From Balanoglossus misakiensis (Eukaryota > Animalia > Hemichordata), in contig CM082578.2 of the NCBI GenBank assembly GCA_040954595.2, positions 7,239,519 through 7,303,518 of the forward strand: a stretch of 64,000 nucleotides of DNA. Reading direction: 5' to 3'. Made by a program: the position numbers and the translations under genes. Below are positions 51,526 through 64,000 of the stretch, piece by piece (position 1 is the first letter of the stretch; every line of letters starts with the position of its first letter). The notes under the pieces are model-generated. The model searched no databases. It saw nothing but the letters and a program-made list of their open reading frames with translations, and was not told where the DNA came from.

Positions 51526-53474
51526 GTACGTACCGTTATGCGTTTCCGCGAACAGGGCCTGTGAAAAAATCGCGTTGTTGACTTACGAAAGTGGATCGTT
51601 TAACTGCAACAAAGATGGTTCCAAATCAAAACATTTATTTGAATGGGAAGCTCATCTCGTAGAAAAACAAAATTTTATAGAAATTTGGGGGGAAAGAAAA
51701 TTCTTTTGTAATTTCTTCTTTTTTATTGCAACAGCCTGTTAGAGGAAAATGTGTTAATACGGGAATGTTATTTTTTTGTTGGGAATTAATTGGAGCCAGG
51801 ATTTGGATAATAGTGTTTGGAATGGATGTGTCAATGCAATGTTATTTCAGCAGATAACACAGACACCATAGTTTTGTGTTGGGCATGCCATCTGTTGTCG
51901 GATCATTACATTGGATAGGTTTTTGAAAAATTCGATCCTATCATCTCAAACAGAGAGGACAGCTTAGCTCGACACCGTGCGATGCAAATTATATTGCTAT
52001 TTAAAAATCGGTAATCGCAGAATCAACACCGAAAGAATGTTTACCGCATGTGTGACATATTTGCTAGCTTTTAAATATGGAACGTCCATCCCAGTGTCCG
52101 GTAGTTATTGGTGAATCTAACAATCTCTTTTCATGCGATGTTTGAAGTTTGAACACAGCGGCGTGCGAAGCTGGTTGCTTAGGTAAACAAAAGAGCATCT
52201 GTGGGAGTGGGGGGGGGGGGCTGTAATTTTACGCCGTACTTTTAAAGAGAATATCAAGAGTGATGCATCGTTGATAATTCTCCCCGTCTGTTACCACTGC
52301 ATTGTTGGGAACTGTATTTTATACAAATCATGGGCTGCCCAGCTGTAGCGTTATTATTGGGGCTTGTAAAGAGACCCCAAATGATTCAACACTTTTACCC
52401 CGTGTGCGTTTCTTTCTTTTGTCAGCCTAAACAAACAGCCAGATATTAATCACGGGCTATATATCCCCGTATTAATGGCAGGCTTGTCCCCGTCAATGAA
52501 AGGAAACACTTGAAAAGTCATTTTTGATTTGTTGGTCTGTGCAATGCCTGACAGCCGTTTCACACCAATCTCTTCATCTCACTACACACAAGCGATTAGA
52601 CAATACAAACAATGTTGGAGGAAACCAAGCCGGGGACGTTCTCTGGGGCTGGCCTGTATATACTAGCAGTTTACGCCAAACTGTTTATTCTAAATGCCGA
52701 TTCATTCTAATATTTCATACCACGGTTTACACCTATAAACCCCACTCTATTAAAAGCAAAGTTGACGCAGGGAGTCGGTACACAAACCAGACGTAAATGT
52801 TTTCATTTTTTTCTTCATCTTTCGCCGCACCGGCCCAACGCTATCAAATGGCAATTCTCTGCATCTTCCCCATCCCGACAGCATTCTGAAACTAATCAAC
52901 ATTAAGTGATGCAATTAAACAAAATAAATACTGTCCTGTTCTGCTTTGCCGAAGAATATCCTCAGATTGCTGTCAATGACAGGAGGAGGCCGTGTTTGTT
53001 TGTAAAGTCAGAGAAGTAGAAAATGAAATTTTCCACGCTTGGCGGAATATAAAAACATACACCGAAATCGCAGACTAGTGCTGTAGAGATTGCAGGGTTT
53101 AACACTGTCACAAGGGCGTGTGTATTAAATGATACAACCTCGAAGGCCATAGCATTTTGTAGGTTGTTGGCAACTGGATGGTTTGCTGTGTCATTTATCT
53201 CACTTACTTGATTTCAGGTTTATTTCATCTCTTTTCTATATGCTTGATTAAGTTTAATTTTGCATCATAATTAAAGGGTACCTGGTTGTAATCAGTGGAA
53301 AGTATCCCTAGATTAAAAAAAAAAATGCTAACAAGCTTTCTCTGGAATAATCTGGGTGGATTATCCGATGGTAATCCGTCTGTGGATAATAAGCCAATAT
53401 ATCAATCATGCTACACTGGTTATAGATCCAGACACAGTACCTTACTATTGTGTATCTCTGGGTTTCTTTTGCAG

Positions 53475-53610
53475 ACTTTGTGAGATTTCTCCACAGCAAC
53501 CCATGACTTTAATAGACCACGATCTGCTCCATGAACTCGACAGTGTGGACAATTTTGATCTGCCGCTTTTGGACGACGGTCTGGATAAGGCTTACGAGAT
53601 GGAATACGAG
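53475..53610 (+). CDS. PDZRN3/4: PDZRN3/4-family exon: acidic inter-PDZ linker (LCEISPQQPMTLIDHDLLHELDSVDNFDLPLLDDGLDKAYEMEYE)
   Basis: tttcttttgcAG acceptor. The first base completes the split codon GG|A (Gly) from the previous exon. GAG|GTAAGA donor. It ends in the E.EYE motif that precedes PDZ2 in this family. Confidence 0.9.
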
Positions 53611-54417
53611 GTAAGAGACAATTTTCTCAGTTTTGCACAGTGAAGCTGCCTAGGTGATGATGTTAGTGCACTGACAGCAAAAAATTAACCCCTGTTTTTC
53701 TTCATCTTTGTGCTGTACCGACCGTTTTAATGCGAGCCTGTGCTCCAAGCGGATGTTTTAATATATACAATAGTGAAGAGCTGGAAGGACATATAAAAAC
53801 AAAACATTCCATGGGGTGTATTGGATATCAACAATGACAAGTAGAGTTTAAAAGTGGGACTGTAGTCTACCACGCCAGTGTACATGTCCTTTGCTTCACG
53901 ATAGTCATCATTTCTCCATTTTCTGCCTATAAATCTTTTGAAACAAATATAGTGTATTATGTAACACGTATACGGAACAAAATTATATGTAACATCATTA
54001 GTCATTGGCAGAAACCCTTGGTCTAGTTTCCTCAAGTACATCCATATCACATTGGCACATGGATCGAAATTTGGGGTTTTAAGCTGCAGCTACAGTCTTT
54101 TTCAATTGATCGACACTGCAGTGAAGTTGTATTACTTTGAAACGTTTGGTTTGCATTCAAACAATCAAAATCAAATGAAGTATTAATAGTTTTCAGCTGC
54201 TGTTTGGGTTTGATGAAAAACATGAGCTCTTCATGAAGATTTGCCCACGAGTGTTTGTAAAGAGATCGTGTCGACTTCCGTGCGTGTGTGTTTGTGGAAA
54301 GGAGGCCATTTTGAATGAAAGACACGCGGAGGAAACAATCCCTGTATACTCTAAACATCCATTTGAGTTCTTGTACTCTCAATTTAAACTGACACTGTAA
54401 GTTGGTCTCTCCGACAG

Positions 54418-54513
54418 GAAATACTTTTGCGGCGAACAAACACCACTGACAAATTAGGACTGACACTTTGCTATGGCAACGACGACGAGGAAACCGGAAT
54501 CTTCGTGAGCGAG
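54418..54513 (+). CDS. PDZRN3/4: PDZRN3/4-family exon: start of PDZ2 (EILLRRTNTTDKLGLTLCYGNDDEETGIFVSE); not in the supplied ORF track
   Basis: ctctccgacAG acceptor, 96 nt open frame in phase 0-0, GAG|GTGAGT donor. It matches the family PDZ2 motif DKLGLTVCY..DD...GI..SE. Confidence 0.95.
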
Positions 54514-55804
54514 GTGAGTGGAGCATTTCCCTGCGGATCGTATCGAGTTTACCGTTAGAAGAGTGTGGGGGTTTCTTGCAGCTCGGGTTTGAAAATTGGA
54601 TTTTCTGGCTGTTAATATGTGAAATCTCTCTGGGATACAGTATTCATAGAATTAGTTGATTATAAACAACACGGGTACGGGACAAAAAGTTTTGAGTGAG
54701 TGTTGTTATCAGGAGCTTAACGAAGTGGGGGAAGAAAGGTCGTAGACTTACGAGGGGCTAGGAGTACACTTATCAATATGGTCTACCACTGATGTATATT
54801 TAAGGTTAAAATGCATGATGGATGAAAATTGTTCATATTTCGGCGATGTCGTACGCTGATTATACAGAAATTACTGCAATTTGTGTCAAACAGCACTCAA
54901 CCCTTGTTTGTGGAAAGGGCATTGCTGATCAGCGAGGTCTTTCATTTGCGAAAACTACCAGTGATTGCTGGTAAATCATCTGAGCGTGGCGATCGACATT
55001 TACAGGCACCACTTGCGGTATCTGGGAACTGCCGGTTGTAGGGGATTAAAACAACAGTGGGGTTTGAGAGTCGACGTTTTGCTCTCTTGGTTTCGGTGAA
55101 AGACAATATTGCCCAGTCACTTGATCTTTTGAACTGCCGGCGAGCGACCCCCCTTCAGTCGATGAAAGCCAAGTGCTCAGCTTTAGGCTGGAAGTTTATA
55201 GTCTAGCTAGTGCAAATATATGCTTCCAACATCAGCAGATTCTGTCTGTGTTTCAGTGAGGCATTAAATAACCCTAATGAGTACGTACAAATTACTTTGG
55301 CTAATTGTCAGACAGCTAATACACAAAGTGTAACCGAAACCAACCAATCAATATCGACAAATTACTTTTTTTTATGAAAGTATGTGAAGGGGTTGGTGAG
55401 TGTTCAGTTTGGAGGATTTTAATATTGAGGATATTAGGGATTCCTATAGTGTAGAGTGCATGTCACCCTGGGCTTTTTTGTTGCATGTTTGGTCAGGTAA
55501 TTAATAGTAGCAGATTCTGAATTGAAGTACCAGCTACTGGTGTTACTCTGTCACCAGTCTGGCCAAAGATAAACTATATTTTGAACTGGAGGCGGTACAC
55601 ACAGAGGGCACATCAACACTCGAGGCTCAGATTTCTGTGTTGTAGCCAAATGCAGACTGACCTATAAGTGAGTGGCCCTGCTGCCAAAGTATGCAGGGGC
55701 TCAAATTCCCCTATCATAGGATCTCTCTGACTTTTGCTCACCATCGGCCGTTTACCCCCGCTGCGAAGTCCTCAGTGCTGTGTTTCAGCCATGCTGTGTG
55801 TATA

Positions 55805-55824
55805 TGTGTGTGTGTGTGTGTGTG
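55805..55824. repeat. (TG)10 microsatellite
   Basis: Perfect TG run. Confidence 0.85.
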
Positions 55825-57200
55825 GTTGGGTTTGTCGGAAGAACTTAGTTTAGAGCTTGGCGTTTATGTCAAAATGTAGTTGAAATGGAAAAACGAAACT
55901 GCATGTTTTCAATGGGTGTGTAGTATTTTTGGTCTGTTACAATTGACACCAGTCAGCTGCCCCCTCCTATTCTGTTTCACTTCCTGAGCCCCAGACTGTG
56001 TCAAAAGAGTACAAAGATTTGTAATGACTGTGTAAATACTCTTTCCTGGAGTGTAAATTTTAGTCCAATATGCTGCCACCTCTTGAAAATGCCACACAGG
56101 GCATGTTTACTTTATTGCTAAAAGTTTTTGTAAATGGACAAAATGCCATAGGTGAACTGGCCTCGGTAATAGAAGACAGGGAATCAGTGTTGAAGACGTG
56201 GGGTCGCAGTAAAATATCCAGTAAACCTCCACAATCCATGATTTAGGTAGTTAAATTATTAACACTTTAGAAGTTTAACTTCATAACTGGTTGAAATGCA
56301 AGGGGAAAGTCTAATTATAAAGAAATACTAAAAAATTAAATATTCTGAGGGTAAAACAATTTTGTTTTTCAAAATCCGTACCCCAAAGCATTTGAAAGTT
56401 TTGTAAGAAGTGTTCAATGGTAAACTTAAGAAAAGTTCTTTGAATATTACAATTCCACATTTCGTTATACGTGCGTCCTCTAGTGCCCTGATTATATCAG
56501 CAAGAATTTTTCCACGAAAAAATTGGCGCATCCAATGAACTCCGAATTAAGCCAGCTGTGTAGTTTCACCTCATAACATCTTTCCCTCGGAGCAAAACCC
56601 ATTCAGGTGATAAATTCCCATCTGTGTTGCCATGACAACCATTCCCTCCACTTTAGTCGCGGGTTGAATTTTTTTTTCCTCGATGACACCGTCTAATGTG
56701 TAGTTTTTTCTGCCTCGTCTGATCTGAAGTGAATTTCTCTGTAGGTATTTCATCGCACAGAGGGATTCCCGATAAATATGCCTCTGATTACCGAAAGAAA
56801 ATTTAATTAACCCTTTTCAGAAATAATATCAGATCCGTTTCCCCAGCTGAATAAAAATATATTTTCATTGCCATAATAGGTAAAAAAAGAAAGTCTGTGA
56901 AGAGTCACGTTAAGCGGTGGTCGTAATGCGTGCGCACTGATATACTCTGGCCTCTAAACTGGGAGATAATCGCATTTGGAAATCTCTCTGAAGGTTTTTA
57001 AAACAAAACTGAATAGGATGCGGGAGATGCGATTACCAGGTCTATTTCTACTCGTGGCGGAATGCTGAGATATTCTGCTCGGGGAGGGCACAAGACCGAG
57101 CTTATCAACTTTGGATTCTAATTTTGGTCTGATCGGAGTTAATGTGTTCACAGTGGTACTACATCATTTCTTTTTCAAAGAAAACCAGAAAAAACTTGTT

Positions 57201-57223
57201 GGGGGGGGGGGGGGGGGGGGGGG
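57201..57223. repeat. G23 homopolymer
   Basis: Longest of several poly-G/poly-C tracts in the window. Confidence 0.9.
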
Positions 57224-58638
57224 TTGACAGAATCGTTGACTTTTCATCAGCTTTCCCACAAAAAAGAGGAAATTTGCAGTGTGAGATTAGTGCAAGTCTT
57301 CCCTGGTTAGTACTCTTGCACCTTCGTGGAATTTGTTTCAGCCAGCACCATTTGAGGTGCATAATTACTTGGGATAAATGTTAATATGGTCAACCCCCTT
57401 AGTGGTGGCCAAACTTTGACAATTTTTTTTCTTGTAAGAGTTTTTTATGACCAAAAAATCTATACGCACTGCATTATTCACTGGATTTTTAATATATCAT
57501 TCATCATTTCGTCAGCATTTCTGACCAATTTCCTCTCACAAATTCAACTAGTTGTATGTAGGTGGTCGCACTTCATTACAATGCAACCCTGCAGTAATTG
57601 GCAAGTGCAATGCTGCAGAGTGGAAGGGGGGGGGGAGGGGTTTGTAACTTGGCGACATCCTCTGCTCAGCTTTTTAACTGAAACTCACCCTCCCTCTTGG
57701 GGGAACGGCTTGGCACAATGTTTAATTTGCTAACACAATAGACCAGGCCCCGTGGCATTCTAGATGGAAAAAATATGAATAGATATGAGACATTAATGAA
57801 ATGAAACTTAATCAAATTTTTATTGGGTTAGTTTGAAATTCAACCAGTCGTACTTCAGAGTGGAGATGTCCTGAGGGGGAAGTTGGGACTACGAGCGAAT
57901 TCCACTAGTCAAGCTTTTTTTTATATATACGTTTATTAAATCTCCACTGTGAAATGCAGGAATGGAGATTGATATTAAATATCCAATTATCTTGCACGCA
58001 GCAATCATGGAGTGATTAATTCGTATTATGGATTTACAAAAATTTGGAACCTGTAATTAATACATCTGAGGGTAAATGGATGCCTCTGGTGCGACTAAGT
58101 GTAACTCAATCATTGACCAACTCCAGTAATCAGATTGTTTCTGCTTTTCAGGACACAACATAAAAGAGCTTCTGTGCAATCTTGTGAAATCTTATAATGG
58201 CGCAGGCATGGTTTACTGGGTTTTTCAACTGAGCGTGCTCAATTTTAAATCTGACAAATATGTTGAATTTTCCCTGGACACGTAAAACACATCTGTGTTT
58301 GCGATTTTGTGTGAAAATTTAAAAAAAAAAGGTGTATAGAAAAGAATGATAGATTAGCAGTGTTTGCTTTGTAAATGTGTGGCTTTCTGTCTGTTGACAG
58401 CTGTTATTCAGGACTGAATTTTTGCACCAAAGGTGGAGAGGGAAAATGTATAATTCCCTTGTTTACTTTTGATGTATGATTTATGGATCTTGTGAACAAA
58501 CAGCTGTCATGTATTACATAGGCAAGTGTACGTGTATATATATGTTCTGCCCTCTTGACGATGAACCGGCAGCAATTTATTTTGCGAGTAAATTGCGAGT
58601 CACCGCTGATGGAAAATGTGTGCCTTCTTCGGTTACAG

Positions 58639-58701
58639 ATTGAGCCGTATAGAGTAGCCGGACAAGATGGAAGAATTCGGGAAGGAGATCAAATTTTACA
58701 G
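58639..58701 (+). CDS. PDZRN3/4: PDZRN3/4-family exon: PDZ2 middle (IEPYRVAGQDGRIREGDQILQ)
   Basis: ttacAG acceptor, 63 nt in phase 0-0, CAG|GTAAGA donor; PDZ signature DGRIREGD.ILQ. Confidence 0.95.
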
Positions 58702-60660
58702 GTAAGAAAAAAAAATGCCGCTGCATGCTGCTCGTATTGACGTGTTCTATTTGTGTTCGTTTTTTAAAAAGCGCTGAAATGCGAAACTTTGGGGTGGATG
58801 ATGTGGCTGCATATAAATCGCGGTTGCGTGCGGCCCCGGCTGAAATGAAAAAGTCGCTGAAACAGAACTGCTGCGGGAAATTATTGCCGAGAAACGAAAG
58901 ATCTGAAAGGAGAAAAAAAAATGGCTCCAGAGGAAAGTCATGACCTTTGAACTCGGCCAATCTCTTATGATCTCTCTCAATCATTGGTTGCACGTCTCCA
59001 AGGGACAAAAATCGTATTTGGGATTCATATTTGCGAAATTCTGCCTGTGTGCGAGTACGGCTGCACAGGTTACCAGGGTGATACATTAGCATATAATGAA
59101 TGCAAGAAAAGCACAATGTTATCCCCTAAAAATAAGTCAATTTTTACTGCTTGCCAGTTGAAGATGACAAAGATTTGTTTCAGATGATCGTAGAAAAAAA
59201 TGCTTCTGACAAGATAACTAAAAGTTGTCTTTCTATGTAAGATACACTATATCATGTCTAAATATCAAATCCCCATGGATAAGAACAAATCTCTCATGTC
59301 AAAACCTAGTATCAAGCGTATTTTCAAAACTTTGGCATTTAAAATTTCAGTATCTGTGCATGTCATTCCTGTAACTTGACACACCTTTATGTAAAGTTGA
59401 ACATACAGCGCAAACAGCCAGGGGATTGGGGAAGGGAGAGACCGTGGCACGGAACTTCGTATGTAGAACACAAACGGTTTGCGGTCCTGTCTGTATGCCA
59501 GGGCCCTTTCATCATTTTCCGACCCAGCATACTAGAGATGCTCTGGCTAATCTGGTTATAGCTTCAGCACTGTGTCATCGCGTCCCGTGATTTGCTGACC
59601 CGGGGTTTATTAAAACCGATTGAGTCGGGGGGCCTGCCCGACTACGTCTTCAGGGGGCCCGGCAAACTTTTCCCCGCGTCTTGCGGTCTGGCCTTCGCTC
59701 GGCGATGCGGAAAATCTCCGCTGACAGCGGCGCGCTTCAGGAATTTCCTCCCTCGCTAAATCGGGCCTAATATTTAAAACGAGGTTTTCCTGACGTTGGG
59801 AAGAAAAAAAAAACATGTTTGTCTCCCACCTCCGTCCCCCGTCTCTCTGCTGATACTGTCTGTGGATGGGGCATTGATTGTGCTGCTTGACTGACTCCGG
59901 CACGAGATTACTCGGACTGTGTTTCAGAGTAATTTACAGGGAGAGGAAAGCAATTCCTTGGAGGCATACATCAGATCACTTTGCTTGCTGAAGTAGAAAA
60001 CACAATGAAATTGAGAAATCCTTGGAGTTTTACCAAGAAAAAGGAAGTGGGCATATAACATTAATATACCAGGGGAAGGATACTGGAGTTTGCTGCACAT
60101 ACTCCACCAGTGGACTCTGAGGTATTCAGCCAGGACACACAAGTTTTTTCTTCTTCTGTCTTTCGGATGGCACAGGAAACTCAGCATTTGTCTAAACTGC
60201 CAGGGGACTTAAAAATTCCAAAATGTCAGATTGACAAGGCCGAGTTGCTGTGAACTCAAAATTTTGAGCGTCTTGAAGCAGAATTTAGGCGAATGCATGT
60301 CACTTTATCTGTGATGTCAACAGAATCACAGCCCGTGTATTGAAACTTCGTCTGAAATGTGCACTGGAAGTTGTCAAAAAAAAATGTATCATTTTTTTCT
60401 AAAAATCTGAAGTGTGGCGTGAAATATCAGATGTTTTGCGGTCATGTTGCGTAGGTTGTTAGTTATTCAGGGTGGGGCGTCTTATGAATTTGAATTGACA
60501 GTTTGTTCGTACTAAAATAACACGCCCCGGGTGAAGTCAATTGCTATGGCATCCACAGGGCATACCACTGACAGGTAATTTTCCTCATTTTGCCTTCCAG
60601 AAAATTGAAATGACAGTTGTTTTTTTTTTTCTTCTCTCCCCTAAATTTTTTTTTTTACAG

Positions 60661-60759
60661 ATAAATGGGGAAGATGTCCACAACAAGGATCAAGCTATCT
60701 CGTTATTTTCGCAAGACAAACAAGAAATCTCGATCTTGGTGTGTCGGCCGCAGTTACAG
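60661..60759 (+). CDS. PDZRN3/4: PDZRN3/4-family exon: PDZ2 end (INGEDVHNKDQAISLFSQDKQEISILVCRPQLQ)
   Basis: Long poly-T tract and tacAG acceptor, 99 nt in phase 0-0, CAG|GTAACT donor. The ING...RP.LQ pattern is typical of the family. Confidence 0.95.
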
Positions 60760-63700
60760 GTAACTTGCCGCTCTTCACGTGTTAGAAATCAGAAAACTAG
60801 CGAGAGATGATGACAATAATCATCATTCTGTGCTGACTCCGAACATTTGCAGGTTTTTAATGGTGTGAACTCTCACATGGAGAGTAATAGGCACCTGAAA
60901 TACCGCCGAGCAATTTAAACGGTGTTTGATTATTATTTTTAGGTTGTTTCCACGCAAGTTTGGTTGCTTGACGGGGGCGATACACTCTCTCCCGCCTTAA
61001 ATTTGCCTTGAGAACATCAGGCTTCAGTGCTGTCTGATACAGTTGTGTGTGCTCTTCGAAGCATTCACTAGAATTCCTTGCTGGGGGAAATATATTCTGT
61101 GCATCATTTTGCTCCGTGCGTATTTCAGATATAGCATTGTCTTGTGTGCCTGAAAGCTGAGTCTTTCGTTTAGTGAAACTGTGACAAAAACAGATGGATA
61201 ACTGTGAATATCTGCAAATAAATTTTTTTTTGCATCATGACATTTTCACTAAAGACTCTTGTGGGATAATATCACATCATCAAAGCAAGCAGAATGTATT
61301 ATCTCGTCTGCTTTATGATTCCCCATTTGATACTCCCACGAAAAATCACCCAGCGCGCTATACACTGTGTCCCTGGTCGCCCTGAAACATGCAATCTGAC
61401 AGCATCTGAAGTAGGCGTCTGATGTATGAGGTGCAGTTGACTCCACGCTCTCGCCTTTCACCGAATCCAACACCTTGCCAACCTCTATGCTAATTAAGAC
61501 AAATTGGCTTTGTGCTTTGAGTGGCAAACGCGGGTCTTGATTAGCTTTCAGCAGAAAAAACAACCAGGTATATATATATATACAGTGGGGAAGGTGTAAT
61601 GGACGAGTAACACTATCCTGGGTTCTGTCTCTGGCATGATCTGACGGCTTGTCAGTCATTTCCTTCATATCTGGATATTGAAAGAATGGAAGGCGGTTTT
61701 GATTTCATGTGTGTGTGAGAAATTTTCATCGGAGAGAAGGGATCCGGCCGTGTGTCAATACCCCGTGTTTGATGTTGGCTATAATATTCCCATATCGTTC
61801 ATTTCCCGGTAAACTGTGTATTTTTTGCCCCGGCGGTGACCGTGTGTGGGTGCAAGGGATCACCCGTGTTAGTACGTCCATTAGCGGGCGGAAAAAAGCT
61901 GATGGTATAGTCACAATATTAACTTAGGAGCTGTATCAGTTACCCGTGTATAGTTGATGTGAGGGTGCAGCACTTTATATTTGTCCATTTTTTTGTGCCC
62001 GGATAAATTTGAATATTCCCCCCCCCCCCCCCCACGTCACTGCATGCATGCACTGTTAGGGGGGATGTAAGGAACGTGTGTAGGTGAACGCATCCAGAGA
62101 CAGAAACATGACAAGCAATTTCCATTAAAACGATACCTTTTACACAAGAAAAGATGGCGCATTTTGATAAGGGCGCAAATTGGATGAATTGTTGTCAATG
62201 TCACTTAATGAGGGTGGCACGTAAGAGTTTACTCGTTTTCGGCAGTGATCGCGAAATCGTTGGATTGACAGGGGCAATATAAGGTTCTGTCACTCGCGTG
62301 CATGAACCTTGAGTACTGCGGAGGGCACAGTTATAAAAATCAATAGAGTAAGAAAAAATGTAGGTTTTCTCCCCGTGGTATCGATCGCGTCACACCTATT
62401 TTCCTTCAGATTAAATGCCAAGAACTGGCAAATCTTAAAGAACGCTGAGTGAAATTTCACGTGTGGTTGATAGTGTTTAGTCCCTTGTACGTGGTATTCT
62501 GAGTGAGTTTTGAAATGCGTCCTCCGCTTTACAACAGTGTGGTACGATTTAGTGTCCTGTACATCCACTTTAATGAAACGATGACTTTGATTGGCTGTCT
62601 GAGTCCCAACAGTGGATAGTAAGCCAGTAGAAAACCATGACACAACAATGCAATACAACTGTGAGCAAGAAGAAATTTTAGTGTCGTTTTGCCTTTATCG
62701 TGAATATGGAGATAAATACAGATTTTTGAAAATGAATAAGGGACAATTTACATGAAAGCTTCAAGTCAAAATTAATTAACCATGTTTTTTTAAAGTTCAA
62801 ATTGAATAGCCTATGGTGGTGTTCGAATCCCGTAAAATACAATTCGATTAAATTGTGTAATGCTCCAGTAATCGCGGAGGTGGTATGTTTCAACTCTTGG
62901 ATGACAAATGCTCAGTCATATTGGCAATTTCATTCCGTAATGGCTGGTGTTCCTCCCGTTGAATTCGTTGAATGCCAATTGAAACAAGTGAATACATGTC
63001 AACCAGTTAATGAATATGGCAAATGTAGCTCATATTTTGCCGGCGGCACTAATTACACGCACGCGGGCTATATTGCTGTGTCGTGCCAGGACAGACAGAT
63101 GTATTCTTATGCTGTGACAAGTGATCAAATACTAATAATGCTTTGAATAAAAAGCCCCCCTTTTATTTCCCTGTCATTAATATTCAAACTGAATTCCTTT
63201 AGTCTCAAAAGAAACAATATGGCTCGGGGGGGAATTCAATTATCAATCGGCGGTTGCTTCCTTTGATCCATTCGCTTTGATGTTTATGAAGATTTTCGAT
63301 GGAGATGACCGTGACCCCGATATTAGCCACAACAGCACTCGCATTAATTTCTATGGACCAATCTTTTTTTCGCTATGAAAAAAAATTGAAAAGCATGATT
63401 TTCACTTTTGGTGGTTTCTGTGGTGTAAAGAGGGATCAAACTACTTGGTGGCTTTGTGGGTTTTATTTCTGCATTCATTTTAACAACCGTGGTTCACCCA
63501 TCCTTCCAAAGTCAGTATTTTGAGTCAGCAATGAATTGTGCTGGTTTCAATGATAACTGTTGTATTTTCAAACTTCTGGATCACACAAAAAAAATGATTC
63601 AATTTCTCTTCGAAGAATATATCATCCCCAGAACACAGATAGAAAGAAAGATAAAAGCAACCCCCCAAAAATATTTTGCACTGATGTAAAAATATCAAAA

Positions 63701-63812
63701 CAAAACAAAAACTGGAAAATGACACATTGCTGGCACAGGAAGGATTGGTGACTAAACCGCATCTGCACTTTCTCTTATTTAACGCAATGCATTCTGTCCT
63801 ATCTATCTGCAG

Positions 63813-63929
63813 TTGGATGATGGCTTGCTATATGATGATACAAATGTTTTATTGGATGATCTTCACATGGACATGTTAGAACAGCATCATCAAGAAGCTA
63901 TGCAGTTCACTTCATGTTTGCTTGATACT
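63813..63929 (+). CDS. PDZRN3/4: PDZRN3/4-family exon after PDZ2 ([39 protein letters not shown]); not in the supplied ORF track; the gene continues beyond the window
   Basis: ctgcAG acceptor, 117 nt in phase 0-0, ACT|GTAAGT donor. It contains [16 protein letters not shown], which I recall as characteristic of PDZRN3/4. Confidence 0.95.
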
Positions 63930-64000
63930 GTAAGTCACTTATTTTGCACCTTTCTGCCGAAAAAAAAACTTTCTTTTCCATATTTCTGTGCATTTTGTTT

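Noticed and set aside
51233-51742. 169-aa ORF taken as a standalone gene
   Set aside because: Only 51290-51525 is exon. The flanks are translated acceptor tract and intron read-through.
54047-54526. 159-aa minus-strand ORF (likewise 58577-59116, 179 aa)
   Set aside because: These are antisense overlaps of real + strand exons, with no protein-like signal.
62807-62830. GTTCGAATCC perfect Pol III B-box
   Set aside because: No properly spaced A-box, no cloverleaf and no SINE tail.

Overview
This is AT-rich eukaryotic genomic DNA, probably from an invertebrate deuterostome. That assignment is an inference from the protein sequence, the frequent CpGs and the repeat types. The only well-supported gene is a + strand, spliced PDZRN3/PDZRN4 (LNX3/4)-family PDZ scaffold/E3-ligase gene. 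Six GT-AG exons (51290-51525, 53475-53610, 54418-54513, 58639-58701, 60661-60759, 63813-63929) splice in consistent phase into 249 codons. They cover the second half of PDZ1, a linker with a TQT motif, all of PDZ2 and the family '[16 protein letters not shown]' motif. Two of these exons are missing from the ORF track. Bases 1-51289 show no recognisable coding sequence and are most likely a >51 kb intron splitting PDZ1, possibly with alternative first exons. That region holds two inverted ~805-bp copies of a non-autonomous element with asymmetric 21-bp inverted repeats and a 166-bp terminal hairpin, one copy nested in a TA-flanked Tc1/mariner-type MITE. It also holds a young 210-bp tandem duplication with a templated junction, a small TTAA-type MITE, microsatellites, a near-perfect 45-nt hairpin and recurrent TF-like motifs. 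Almost all ORFs in the supplied track look spurious. I found no prokaryote-type system and nothing I can firmly call a new biological system. The hairpin element is the best lead.
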